Source: an uncultured Chloroflexia bacterium (GTDB lineage: Bacteria > Chloroflexota > Limnocylindria > Limnocylindrales > CSP1-4). Taken from it: 64,000 nt of DNA. Made by a program: the position numbers and the translations under genes. Under the pieces are notes generated by a model. The model was not told the DNA's origin and did not search any database. It worked only from the letters and a program-made list of their open reading frames with translations. The stretch is from the NCBI GenBank assembly GCA_963708015.1, contig OY970185.1:2613486-2677485 (forward strand), given 5' to 3'. Below are positions 18,611 to 29,396 of this stretch, piece after piece; positions within the stretch are counted from its first letter, which is position 1, and each line of letters opens with the position of its first letter.

Positions 18611-19567
18611 GACGGCCGCCGGTGGGACGGCGGCCGGCGGCGGGCCGCCTCGCCGGAGGCGGCGGGCCACGAACAGGCCCAGGCCCACGAGGACGAGCCC
18701 GGCCAGCCCGACCGGCAATCCGACCACCACCAGCCAGATCCCGGCCGAGGCGACCGCCTGCCCGATCCCGAGCAAGGCCGAGCTGGCCTGATCGAGCTGC
18801 GCACCGGGGTCCCAGCCCCGGGACGTGGCGACCGTCTCGGGCGTCGGAGGCAGCGAGAACTGGACCGTCAGGGTGGCCAGCGAGGCCTGGTCCTTGAGCT
18901 GTGCCTGCTGGGTGCTGAGCTGTTCGATCTGGCCCTGGACGTCGCTCAGCTGGGACTCGACGCTGAGCACGTCGGTGATCTTCGTGGCCCGGGCCATGAT
19001 CGCCTGGAGGGCGGCCTCGGTCGTCCGAAGATTGTCGATCCGGGCACCGAGATCCAAGACCTGGCCGGTCACCTCGACCGCATTCGACTTGGCCGAGTCG
19101 ACCTTGGCCGCGATCGCCGTGATCGCATCCACGGCGTCCTGCCAGCGAGCCACGGGGACCCGGTAGGTGACCGATGCCGTCGCCTGGTCGGCCCCATTCG
19201 ACTGGTCCGAATCGCTGACATAGCCGCCGAGGCCGACGATCGCCGTCCGGATCTGGACGAGCGCGGGGTCGACCTTGGGGACCTCGATCGACATCGTGCC
19301 GGTCCGGACAACGTACGTGTTCGGGTCCACGACGAGGCCCGGGTCACCCGGCAGGGCCGAGGCGAGGCTATCCGAGGTGCTCCCAGCTTCCGGGGCTGCC
19401 GCCGAGGCAGCCGGCTGGGCGCCGCCGGTCGCCGGACCGAAGGCCCCGCCGGCCTCGACCGTGCCCGGTCCAGCGGTCGCGCTCGAGGAGCACGCGGCAA
19501 CGACGGCGACAAGCACGGTCGCACCGAGCACAACGACGGCCCTGCGCCGGCTGGTAGTTCGAGTCAT
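18593..19567 (-). CDS. DUF4349-like lipoprotein with C-terminal TM anchor
   Basis: Lipobox 'VVAACSS', coiled-coil-like middle region, C-terminal TM and a repetitive 'PPAAVPPAAVPPAGA' tail. Confidence 0.65.
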   Translation of the reverse strand: MTRTTSRRRAVVVLGATVLVAVVAACSSSATAGPGTVEAGGAFGPATGGAQPAASAAAPEAGSTSDSLASALPGDPGLVVDPNTYVVRTGTMSIEVPKVDPALVQIRTAIVGLGGYVSDSDQSNGADQATASVTYRVPVARWQDAVDAITAIAAKVDSAKSNAVEVTGQVLDLGARIDNLRTTEAALQAIMARATKITDVLSVESQLSDVQGQIEQLSTQQAQLKDQASLATLTVQFSLPPTPETVATSRGWDPGAQLDQASSALLGIGQAVASAGIWLVVVGLPVGLAGLVLVGLGLFVARRLRRGGPPPAAVPPAAVPPAGA

Positions 19568-19602
19568 GGATCGTCTCCCCTGCCCGATTCCGACGGATCG
19601 GC

Positions 19603-20589
19603 TCAGGCGGAGGACGACGTCCGGCGACCGTTGGTTCCCTGGGCGATCGCCAGGATCGCCTGGCTCAACTCGACGGGCCGATAGCGCATCAGGTTGTGTC
19701 CGGCCGACGGGAGGTCGACCCGCTCGAGCGGCTGCTGGTGGCGGGCGACCCGGGCGGCGTCGATCGCGTCGAGCGCTGCCCGGCGCCCGGCTGGGTCGTC
19801 GGTCGCAGCCAGGACGGCCACGACGGGACCGGGCAGGTCGGCCAGAGCGGTCACCGGGTCGTAGCTGAACATCGCCTCGACCGAGCCGGCCAGGGCATGC
19901 GGTCGGACCGCCGGCACGACCCGGCCCGCAGGCACCTCGACAACCGTGCTCCGGGCGGCCTGCTCCTGGTCGGCGTCCCAGCTCGCCGGGTCGAAGTCGC
20001 GCCGGTCAGCCAGGAAGTCGGCCATCGAGCGGAGCACCTCGGGTGGCTCCTCGAGGTCACGCAGCCACTCGTCGGGCGTCAGCCCGGTCTCGGACGCGAT
20101 GTCCTCCCAGCCGCCGTCGACCAGGACAACCCCGGCGCAGCGTTCGGCCAGGCGGGCAGCGGCCCAGGCCGCCACGATCGCGCCGTAGCCGTGGCCAACC
20201 AGGACGAGCCGGTCGTCCGGGGCGGCGAGCAGGCCCGACCCCTCGGCCACGGCGATCACGTCGGCGCTCAGCTGCGCCTCGGTATAGCCCGATGTCGGAG
20301 CGTCAGACAGGCCGTGGCCGCGCAGGTCGAGCGCGACCGTCCGCCCCCGGCCCCGGATCCGGCGGGCGACCGGCGACCAGGCCCAGGCCGTCGCGTTCAG
20401 GCCATGAATCAGCAGGAAGCCCGGGGCGCGCACGGCCTGCCTCGAGGCATCGGCTCCCGGGCCGGCCGGCGGACCGGCCCAGTCAAGAAAGTGGATCCGC
20501 TCCCCCGGCACGATCTCGACCAGGAACCCGTCCGGGACGGCGGCATGGTCGGGGGCCGGAACCCTGTCCCGGGCTGAGGTCGGGTCCAT
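19603..20589 (-). CDS. alpha/beta-hydrolase-fold protein with Gly at the nucleophile position
   Basis: Start 'MDPTSARDR' (internal ATG of ORF 19603..21006). 'FLLIHGLNATAW', nucleophile elbow 'LVGHGYGA', C-terminal 'SAGHNLM'. Confidence 0.75.
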   Translation of the reverse strand: MDPTSARDRVPAPDHAAVPDGFLVEIVPGERIHFLDWAGPPAGPGADASRQAVRAPGFLLIHGLNATAWAWSPVARRIRGRGRTVALDLRGHGLSDAPTSGYTEAQLSADVIAVAEGSGLLAAPDDRLVLVGHGYGAIVAAWAAARLAERCAGVVLVDGGWEDIASETGLTPDEWLRDLEEPPEVLRSMADFLADRRDFDPASWDADQEQAARSTVVEVPAGRVVPAVRPHALAGSVEAMFSYDPVTALADLPGPVVAVLAATDDPAGRRAALDAIDAARVARHQQPLERVDLPSAGHNLMRYRPVELSQAILAIAQGTNGRRTSSSA

Positions 20590-20610
20590 CGGCCTTAGGA
20601 TACGGACCTC

Positions 20611-21051
20611 ATGCCGATCCGACGCCGGGGCAGCCGGGCCGCCAGGCCCCTGACCACCCTTCCGCCCGAGCATCTCGCGCCGCGCTCCCGCCCGCTCTCG
20701 TTCGAGGCGCTCGTGGGCGAGGCCCTCGACGGGATCCCCGAGCCATTCCAGCCGGCCCTCGCCCAGGTCGCGATCGTGATCGAGGATGAAGCCTCCGAGG
20801 AGCAGCTTCGGTCGGCGGGCGTGCGTCCGGGGGGCGACCTGTACGGGCTCTACGAGGGTGTGCCGCGAACTGCCTGGGGCGCCGACCTGGCGCCGGTTCC
20901 GAACAAGATCAGCCTGTTCCGGATCCCACTCCAGGCTGACTTCCCCGATCCGGACCGGCTCGCGATCGAGGTCCGTCGAACGGTCGTCCACGAGCTCGCC
21001 CATCACGTCGGGATCGACGACGACCGCCTGGACGAGCTCGGGATGGGCTAG
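20611..21051 (+). CDS. zinicin-like metallopeptidase family protein (DUF1025-like)
   Basis: 'VVHELAHHVG' (HExxH) near the C-terminus; size typical of the family. Confidence 0.7.
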   Translation: MPIRRRGSRAARPLTTLPPEHLAPRSRPLSFEALVGEALDGIPEPFQPALAQVAIVIEDEASEEQLRSAGVRPGGDLYGLYEGVPRTAWGADLAPVPNKISLFRIPLQADFPDPDRLAIEVRRTVVHELAHHVGIDDDRLDELGMG

Positions 21052-22079
21052 GTCGCGGGCAGCGGCCTGGCTCCGGGCAGAGGACTCGCCCCGGCGAACA
21101 GCTCAGTCAGCCGGCCGACCTCGACGTTGCCGCCCGAGGCCAGGGCCAGGACTCGATCGCCGGCTCGGAGTGGAATCCGGCCGGTCAGAAGCGCGGCCAG
21201 GGCGGCCGCTCCCGCCGGCTCGAGGACCTGCTTGAGCCGTTCGGCCGCGAAGCGCATGCCGGCCAGGATCGTCGGGTCGTCCAGCAGCTCGATCCCGTCG
21301 AGGTAGCGCCGAGCCATCGCTAGGGTCCATTCCCCCGCGAACGGCGCGCCCAGGCCGTCGGCCACGCTGACCGGCTGGATCCGGACAACCTCGCCCCGTT
21401 CGAGCCCGATCGAGACCGCATTCGAGCGCTCGGGCTCGACCCCGTAGACCCGGACCTGCGGCCGGGACTCCTTGAGCGCCCCGGCGACACCCGAGATCAG
21501 TCCCCCGCCCCCGACGCCGACGACGACGACGTCGACCTCGGGCAGGTCCTCGAGGATCTCGAGCCCGATCGAACCGTGGCCGGCGATCACGAACGGGTCG
21601 TCGAACGGGTGGCAGTAGGTCAGGCCCCGGGCCTCACGCAGGCGCTCCATCTCGGCCAGCGCCTCGCCCACGTCCGCGCCGTGCAGGATCACCTCGGCGC
21701 CATAGCCCAGGCAGGCGTCGACCTTCGAGCGGACGGCCCCGGCCGGCATCACTACTGTGACCGGCACGCCTGCCGCCCGGCCTGCCCAGGCGTAGGCCTG
21801 GGCGGCATTGCCGGCCGACAGGGTGATGATTCCCCGTTCGCGCTCCTCGGCCGTGAGCGAGGCAACCTTCCAGGACGTGCCCCGCGGCTTGAACGAGCCG
21901 GTCTTCTGGAGCTGCTCGGCCTTGAAATAGAGCCGCCCATCGGCGAGCTCGGGGCCGGCTGCCGCCTGGATGAACCGGGCCGCCGTGGCCGAGCTCAGGA
22001 CGGGTGTCCGGTGAACCCGGCTGGCGACGAGCGGTCGGGCCGCCTGGATCTGGGCGAGGGTCACGAGCTGGTCGGCCAT
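21048..22079 (-). CDS. PLP-dependent threonine/serine dehydratase (fold type II)
   Basis: 'EQLQKTGSFKPRG' (PLP lysine) and the glycine loop 'GVGGGGLISG'. No ACT domain. Confidence 0.85.
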   Translation of the reverse strand: MADQLVTLAQIQAARPLVASRVHRTPVLSSATAARFIQAAAGPELADGRLYFKAEQLQKTGSFKPRGTSWKVASLTAEERERGIITLSAGNAAQAYAWAGRAAGVPVTVVMPAGAVRSKVDACLGYGAEVILHGADVGEALAEMERLREARGLTYCHPFDDPFVIAGHGSIGLEILEDLPEVDVVVVGVGGGGLISGVAGALKESRPQVRVYGVEPERSNAVSIGLERGEVVRIQPVSVADGLGAPFAGEWTLAMARRYLDGIELLDDPTILAGMRFAAERLKQVLEPAGAAALAALLTGRIPLRAGDRVLALASGGNVEVGRLTELFAGASPLPGARPLPAT

Positions 22080-22091
22080 GGCCCGAGTATG

Positions 22092-23768
22092 TCAGGAGGC
22101 GAGCTGCTTGTAGCGGAGCCGGTGAGGCTGGTCGGCGGCGGTCCCCAGCTCGCGGTGGCGGAATGCCTCGTAGTCGCTGAAGTTGCCCTCGAACCAGCGC
22201 ACGACGCTCTCGCCCTCGAAGGCCAGCACATGGGTCGCGATCCGGTCGAGGAACCAGCGATCGTGGCTGATCACCACGGCACAGCCCGGGAAGGATTCGA
22301 GGCCGGCCTCGAGAGCGCGCAGGGTATCCACGTCGAGGTCGTTCGTCGGCTCGTCGAGCAGGAGGACGTTGCCACCCGACTTCAGGAGCTTGGCCAGGTG
22401 GACCCGGTTGCGCTCGCCCCCGGAGAGCTTGCCGACGGGCTTCTGCTGGTCGGTCCCCTTGAAGTTGAAGCTCGAAACATAGGCCCGGGCGGGCAGCTCG
22501 CGCGGGCCGACCTTGATGAACTCGTTGCCCCCGCTGATCTCCTCGTAGACCGTCGCCTCGGCCCGCAGGTCGTCGCGGCTCTGGTCGACATACTCGAGCT
22601 GGACGGTCTCGCCGATCGTGATCGTGCCGCTGTCGGGCTGCTCCTGGCCGACGATCATCCGGAACAACGTCGTCTTGCCGGCCCCGTTCGCGCCGATCAC
22701 CCCGACGATCCCGGCCTTGGGCAGCGAGAAGGTCAAGTCGTCGATCAGGAGCCGGTCGCCGAATGCCTTGCGCAGGTCCTTGACCTCAATGACCGTCTCG
22801 CCCAGCCGTGGCCCGGGCGGAATCGCGATCTCCAGCTCGCGCGCCGCGACCTTGGCATCGTTTGCCTCGGCCAGGAGCTTCTCGTAGGCGCGGAGCCGGG
22901 CCTTGCCCTTGGCCTGGCGGGCCCTCGGCGCAAGCCGGACCCATTCGAGCTCGCGGGCCAGGGTCCGCTGGCGGGCCGAGCCGGCCCGCTCCTCGCCGGC
23001 CAGCCGCTCGAGCTTCTGCTCGAGCCAGCTTGAGTAATTGCCCGCGAACGGGATCCCCCGGCCACGATCCAGCTCGAGGATCCACTGGGCGACATGGTCG
23101 AGGAAGTAGCGGTCGTGGGTGATCGCCACGACGGTGCCCGAGTACTCCTGGAGGAACCGCTCGAGCCACTCCACGGACTCGGCGTCGAGGTGGTTCGTCG
23201 GCTCGTCGAGCAGGAGCAGGTCGGGGTGGCTCAGGAGCAGCCGGCAGAGGGCCACCCGGCGCTTCTCGCCGCCGGACAAGGTGGCCACGTTCGCATCGTC
23301 GGGCGGGCAGCGCAGGGCGTCCATCGCAATCTCGACGTTGCGCTCGAGGCTCCAGGCATCGGTAGCCGCGATCCGGTCCTCGAGGCTCGCCTGCTCCGCC
23401 CCGATCGCCTCGTAGTCCGCGTCGGGCTCGGACCAGCGAGCCATGACGGCGTTGTACTGCTCGATCAGGTCGTGGACCTCGCGGACGCCGTCGAGCACGT
23501 TGCCCTTCACGTCCTTGGCCGGATCGAGCTCTGGTTCCTGGGCCAGGTAGCCCACGCTGAAGCCCGGGGTCAGGCGGGCCTCACCGCTGAACCCGTCGTC
23601 GAGCCCGGCCATGATCCGGAGCAGGCTCGACTTGCCCGCCCCATTCGACCCGATCACCCCGATCTTGGCGCCCGGGTAGAACGAGATCGAGATGTTCTCG
23701 AGCACGGTCCGGTCGGGCGGATAGTGCCGGGCGAGCTTGGATGTCGTGTAGATGAATTCCTGGGGCAT
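22092..23768 (-). CDS. ettA: ABC-F ATPase, energy-dependent translational throttle protein EttA-like
   Basis: Start '[18 protein letters not shown]'. Two cassettes ('GSNGAGKSS'/'LSGGEKRR' and 'GANGAGKTT'/'LSGGERNR'); 558 aa; no TM segments. Confidence 0.9.
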   Translation of the reverse strand: MPQEFIYTTSKLARHYPPDRTVLENISISFYPGAKIGVIGSNGAGKSSLLRIMAGLDDGFSGEARLTPGFSVGYLAQEPELDPAKDVKGNVLDGVREVHDLIEQYNAVMARWSEPDADYEAIGAEQASLEDRIAATDAWSLERNVEIAMDALRCPPDDANVATLSGGEKRRVALCRLLLSHPDLLLLDEPTNHLDAESVEWLERFLQEYSGTVVAITHDRYFLDHVAQWILELDRGRGIPFAGNYSSWLEQKLERLAGEERAGSARQRTLARELEWVRLAPRARQAKGKARLRAYEKLLAEANDAKVAARELEIAIPPGPRLGETVIEVKDLRKAFGDRLLIDDLTFSLPKAGIVGVIGANGAGKTTLFRMIVGQEQPDSGTITIGETVQLEYVDQSRDDLRAEATVYEEISGGNEFIKVGPRELPARAYVSSFNFKGTDQQKPVGKLSGGERNRVHLAKLLKSGGNVLLLDEPTNDLDVDTLRALEAGLESFPGCAVVISHDRWFLDRIATHVLAFEGESVVRWFEGNFSDYEAFRHRELGTAADQPHRLRYKQLAS

Positions 23769-23805
23769 CGCCCAAGGGTAGCGAACCTCGTGGCCCGGCT
23801 GGTAC

Positions 23806-23834
23806 TTGCGCGTTTGCGCAACTGGGTATATATT
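23806..23834 (+). promoter_or_regulatory. sigma-70-like promoter for a leaderless arsR-trx transcript
   Basis: TTGCGC (23806-23811), 17-nt spacer, TATATT (23829-23834); GTG start at 23841. The palindrome TTGCGCAA overlaps the spacer. Confidence 0.4.
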
Positions 23835-23840
23835 CGGGCG

Positions 23841-24137
23841 GTGGAACAGGTTGCCCCGTCCTCCGAGCTCGAACGACAGCGCTATGCCGCGGTTGGCCGG
23901 GCCCTGGCGGATCCCAAGCGCCTGTGTGTGCTCGAATGCCTCGCCCGCGGCGAGCAATCGGTCGGTGACCTGTCCGGCCAGGTTGGCTGCCAGATCCCGA
24001 ACATGAGCCAGCACCTGGCCGTCCTGCGCAGCGCCGGTCTGGTCACGACCCGGCGTGACGGCAGCACCATCTATTACCGGCTCTCCGACCCGCGGGTCCT
24101 GGAGGCCTATCAGCTCATTCAGGCATTTACCCGCTGA
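23841..24137 (+). CDS. ArsR/SmtB-family transcriptional regulator
   Basis: GTG start in frame with ORF 23094..24137. '[47 protein letters not shown]'. Confidence 0.75.
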   Translation: MEQVAPSSELERQRYAAVGRALADPKRLCVLECLARGEQSVGDLSGQVGCQIPNMSQHLAVLRSAGLVTTRRDGSTIYYRLSDPRVLEAYQLIQAFTR

Positions 24138-24162
24138 CGGCGGGAGAAAGGATCATCCGGCC

Positions 24163-24525
24163 ATGGCCGAGATCAAGGCAGTTACCGACGCAACCTTCGA
24201 AGAGATGGTGCTCAACAGCGATCGACCCGTTCTGGTCGACTTCTGGGCCACCTGGTGCGGGCCGTGCAAGATGGTCGCCCCGGAGATGGAGAAGATCGCC
24301 GCCAAGTACGACGGCGCGGTCAACGTGGTCAAGGTCGACGTCGACGCCAACCCGAGCCTGTCCCAGAAGTACGGAATCATGAGCATCCCCACGATCGCCT
24401 TTTTCCGCCCTGGCCAGCAGCCGATGGGCGTGGTCGGCTTCCGGCCGATGGAGCAGCTCGAGCAGCAGTTCGGCCTGGCCAGCTTCACGAAGCCGGTCCC
24501 CGACGTCGCGACCGAGACCGCCTAG
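24163..24525 (+). CDS. trxA: thioredoxin
   Basis: 'VDFWATWCGPCKM' active site; SD 'GGGAGAAAGGA' upstream; 120 aa. Confidence 0.92.
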   Translation: MAEIKAVTDATFEEMVLNSDRPVLVDFWATWCGPCKMVAPEMEKIAAKYDGAVNVVKVDVDANPSLSQKYGIMSIPTIAFFRPGQQPMGVVGFRPMEQLEQQFGLASFTKPVPDVATETA

Positions 24526-24587
24526 CCCAGGCGCTGCCCGGCGGCCGCCCTCGCGGTCAGCCCTGACGGCCTCAGCCGCCGGCGAGA

Positions 24588-24626
24588 GCAAAAGACCCCG
24601 TTCGACCATCGAACGGGGTCTTTTGC
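24588..24626. terminator. bidirectional intrinsic terminator
   Basis: Perfect 18-bp stem 'gcaaaagaccccgttcga'/'tcgaacggggtcttttgc' with a 3-nt loop and a T4 run on both strands. Confidence 0.75.
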
Positions 24627-25019
24627 TGCCCGGAACGCTCGAACAGACTCCCCTTGCAGTGCTCGTCCAGCCAGCGCGGACCAGGCCAAGCACCGTTGCC
24701 CGTCTCAACTTCAGCGGGGAACCTTCTCCTAGGCCCGCTCGTGCCGGGTGGATGGACACTTGGAGCAGACCGAGTTTCCCGAAGAGGCTGCCCCGACCGT
24801 GCATGAGCTTGGATCGCCCGGCCGTGCTCGGGATTGGAGCGTGACACCCGCGGCCGACGACGGAATCCGGCTCACTCGGCGCGCTAGGCGATCGGCCTGC
24901 GCTCAGAGTGACCATGCACCCGGAATCCCTGCCGCCAACGTGGCCGACGGCGGACGAAGGGCCGAAAGGCCGAGGCTGCCCAACCCCGGAATCACCTCTG
25001 GCCGGTTGGAGCTCGAGCT
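24627..25019. other. about 390-bp non-coding spacer between convergent genes (candidate ncRNA locus)
   Basis: No ORF with the local high-GC3 coding signature. Internal repeats 'gaggctgccc' x2 and 'cggaatc' x3. Bounded by the bidirectional terminator. Confidence 0.25.
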
Positions 25020-25511
25020 CTAGGCCGGCAAGGATCCTGAGGCCGCGCCGAGGACCGCGGCCAGGTCGTCGGCGTGGGCGGCGTAGTGGTCGGTCGTCTC
25101 GTCCAGGAAGAACTGCTCGTACTCGCTGTTCTTGAGCCAGCGCGTCTCGGGCACGACCGTGAGGTAGCCCCGCAGCTCGCCCGGAATCGAGACGAAGCGC
25201 GCCCGGAGCTCGTCGATCGTCAGAGCCAGGTCGGCTAGCCGGATCGCCTCGTTGAGCTCGTCTCCACGGGCCTCCCACTCGACGTCGGAATCGATCTTCG
25301 TCTGGCTCGTCTCGCGCAGGGCGAGCTCCTGGGCGACGGTCAGGGCGACCCCCTGCCAGTGCGACAGGTGGCTCATCAGGTCACGCCCCGACCAGCCGTG
25401 GGAGCCCTCGAGGGGCACCGACAAGTCGGCGTCGCTGAGCTCGAGGAGCGCCTCGAACGGGCGCCACGCCTCCCGCTCGTCCTCAAGGAATTCCAGTGCG
25501 TCACGGTACAT
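25020..25511 (-). CDS. DinB/ClbS-like four-helix-bundle protein (tentative)
   Basis: ORF track. 'GWSGRDLMSHLSHWQ' and the C-terminal 'DHYAAHADDL' resemble DinB/DUF1706-type bundles. Confidence 0.45.
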   Translation of the reverse strand: MYRDALEFLEDEREAWRPFEALLELSDADLSVPLEGSHGWSGRDLMSHLSHWQGVALTVAQELALRETSQTKIDSDVEWEARGDELNEAIRLADLALTIDELRARFVSIPGELRGYLTVVPETRWLKNSEYEQFFLDETTDHYAAHADDLAAVLGAASGSLPA

Positions 25512-25553
25512 GTCGCGATGGTACTCGCCAGCGGCCGACGCCGGCCGCCCCGG

Positions 25554-27314
<1,761 letters not shown>

Positions 27315-27371
27315 GGCCGCGACTCTAGCACGGGCCCGTTCGGCCTCAGGGCGAGGCCGGCCGGGCCGGCC

Positions 27372-27983
27372 TCAGTGGAACGCGGCCAGGGCGGCCTGGA
27401 GGTCAGGAGCGTGGGTGTTCGAGGCAATCAGGATGTGCAGCCGGCCGGCCACGTCGGTCGGCCAGATGATGACCTCCTGCTGGAAGTCGTCGTTCTCGAT
27501 GTCGAGGCGCTGGCCGGCGATCCCGTTCACGGTCACGTCCTTGGACGTGAGCAGGTGGACCTTCGGGGCGTTGGCGGCGCCGTAGCCATAGGACTGGATC
27601 GCGTTGTCCACGGTCAGCCCAGTCGCCTCCATGATCGTCATCTGGATACCCGAGCCGCCATCCCGATTCCAGACGGCGCTCCCGAAGTGGGTCTCGCGGA
27701 TCCCGCTCGTGTACAGCGTGCCGAGCGTGGTGGCCGAGCAGAACCGCCCGGACACGAGACTCGTCGGGGCGACCCCGTCCAGGCTCGTCGGCAGGAGCGC
27801 CTCGAGCTCCGGGTAGGCCCCGGCCATGATCTGGCTGTCGGCCCCATTGCAGGCCGCGGCCGGGTTGAACGAGGCCGGCGCGTCGGGATCGGCCTGGCAG
27901 GCGGCAAGCAGCGCGCCGGCCACGAGGATGGCCACGATCGGGAAGGCGCGGCGGGACACGGAACGGACCGACAGCGAAGGCAC
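27372..27983 (-). CDS. hypothetical lipoprotein
   Basis: Signal peptide and lipobox 'GALLAACQ'. Confidence 0.6.
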   Translation of the reverse strand: MPSLSVRSVSRRAFPIVAILVAGALLAACQADPDAPASFNPAAACNGADSQIMAGAYPELEALLPTSLDGVAPTSLVSGRFCSATTLGTLYTSGIRETHFGSAVWNRDGGSGIQMTIMEATGLTVDNAIQSYGYGAANAPKVHLLTSKDVTVNGIAGQRLDIENDDFQQEVIIWPTDVAGRLHILIASNTHAPDLQAALAAFH

Positions 27984-28091
27984 GGATCCGAGGATACGTC
28001 GAGCCGGGCGGAAGCGCCGACGAGTGCTCAGACGCGTCGACAGGCCCCGACGGACGCCTCCTCAAGGCGCCCGAGGCGCTATCGTCCGGCG

Positions 28092-29396
28092 ATGACCGCC
28101 GGCCGCGCGCTCGCTGGAGCCCAGCCCAACAACCCATTCGAGCTGCGCCGGGGGGACCTGCCCCCGACCGCCGACCTGGTCGTGGTGGGGGCCGGGGTGG
28201 TCGGCTGCGCAACGGCCTTCTGGGCAACCGCGGCGGGCCTGCGCACGGTCGTGATCGACGCCCGGCCTGCCCCGGCCACCCTGACCACCGCCGCCGCAAC
28301 CGGGGCGTACCGCCTCCAGCACGACAACGCCGAGGAGCTGGCTCTCGTCCGTGAGGGCGTCGACCTGCTGTTCGACGTCCCGGACCGCCTCGGCCTGCCC
28401 GGCTACGACATCCGGCTGCGGCCCCAGGGCTACCTCTTCTGCACGACCGAACCGGCCACGATCGAACGCCAGCGCCGGATGGTCGCTCGCCAGCACGGCT
28501 TCGGGCTGTCGGATGTCGAGCTCCTGAGCGGGGACGAGACGCGAGCCCGGTTCCCCCACGTCTCGCCCGACGTCGTCAGTTCCCGGTTCCGGGCCCAGGA
28601 CGGGTTCATTGACCAGGTCCGGGTCGCCCTCGGCTATGCCCTCTCGGCCTCGAACGGTCCGGGCGTCGACCGGCCGGCCGGCAGCGCTGCGGCGACATTC
28701 TGCCTCGGCCGGCCGGTCACGGGGCTGCGCCTGGCGGGCGACCGGATCGAGGCCGTCGAGACCGCCGAAGGGAGCGTCTCGGCCCCGCTCGTGGTCCTCG
28801 CGACAGGCCCGTTCCTGGCCGAGACCGCCACGCTCGCCGGCCTGTCGATCGCCCTGGCCCCGACGATCCGCCAGCGAGTGGCGGTGCCCGACCTGGCCGC
28901 GGTCCCGCCCGGCGCCCCGATGACGATTGACGAGGAGACCGGGGCCCATTGGCGTCCGTGGCTCAAGGGCGCGCTCGTCCTGCACACCGATCCGGCCACC
29001 GCGCCCGGGCTGCCGTCCTGGTCGCCGTCCGGCACCGCCGAGGCCGCCTTCCGTCTGCTCGATCCGGCCTCGCCGGTCTCGGTCGCCCGGATCAGCCCGT
29101 TCTGGGCCGACGCCTGGCGATCGGGCGGCGTGCCCTTCTCGGTTCAGGCCGGCCAGTACGAGATCACCCCGGATCACCGGCCGTACATCTCGCCCAGCGC
29201 GATCGACGGGCTGTGGCTGAATGGCGGGTACAGCGGGCACGGGGTCATGGGCTCGGCCGGGGGCAGCCGCCTGCTGATCGACCTCGTCACCGGGCGCTCG
29301 ACGGCGCCGCCCGGGGGGCTGACGGCTGACGGCGAGGGCCGATCCCCGTTCCGGGTCGATCGGGTCTTCGAGGAGCGCGAGCGGGACGTCCTCTAG
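28092..29396 (+). CDS. FAD-dependent oxidoreductase (DAO family)
   Basis: Internal ATG of the shadow-extended ORF 25770..29396. 'DLVVVGAGVVGCATAFWAT' dinucleotide-binding motif. Confidence 0.8.
   Translation: MTAGRALAGAQPNNPFELRRGDLPPTADLVVVGAGVVGCATAFWATAAGLRTVVIDARPAPATLTTAAATGAYRLQHDNAEELALVREGVDLLFDVPDRLGLPGYDIRLRPQGYLFCTTEPATIERQRRMVARQHGFGLSDVELLSGDETRARFPHVSPDVVSSRFRAQDGFIDQVRVALGYALSASNGPGVDRPAGSAAATFCLGRPVTGLRLAGDRIEAVETAEGSVSAPLVVLATGPFLAETATLAGLSIALAPTIRQRVAVPDLAAVPPGAPMTIDEETGAHWRPWLKGALVLHTDPATAPGLPSWSPSGTAEAAFRLLDPASPVSVARISPFWADAWRSGGVPFSVQAGQYEITPDHRPYISPSAIDGLWLNGGYSGHGVMGSAGGSRLLIDLVTGRSTAPPGGLTADGEGRSPFRVDRVFEERERDVL

Noticed and set aside
24627-25019. Possibility that the spacer encodes RNase P RNA, tmRNA or SRP RNA
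   Set aside because: I searched both strands by eye for several conserved elements. These were the P4 elements (GAGGAAAGUCCGGGC / ACAGAACCCGGCUUA), a tmRNA tRNA-like end (GGUUCGAnUCC...CCACCA) with an ...ALAA-stop tag, and the SRP GGAAGG(A/G)AGCA motif. I found only weak partial resemblances. The identity is left open and needs Rfam.
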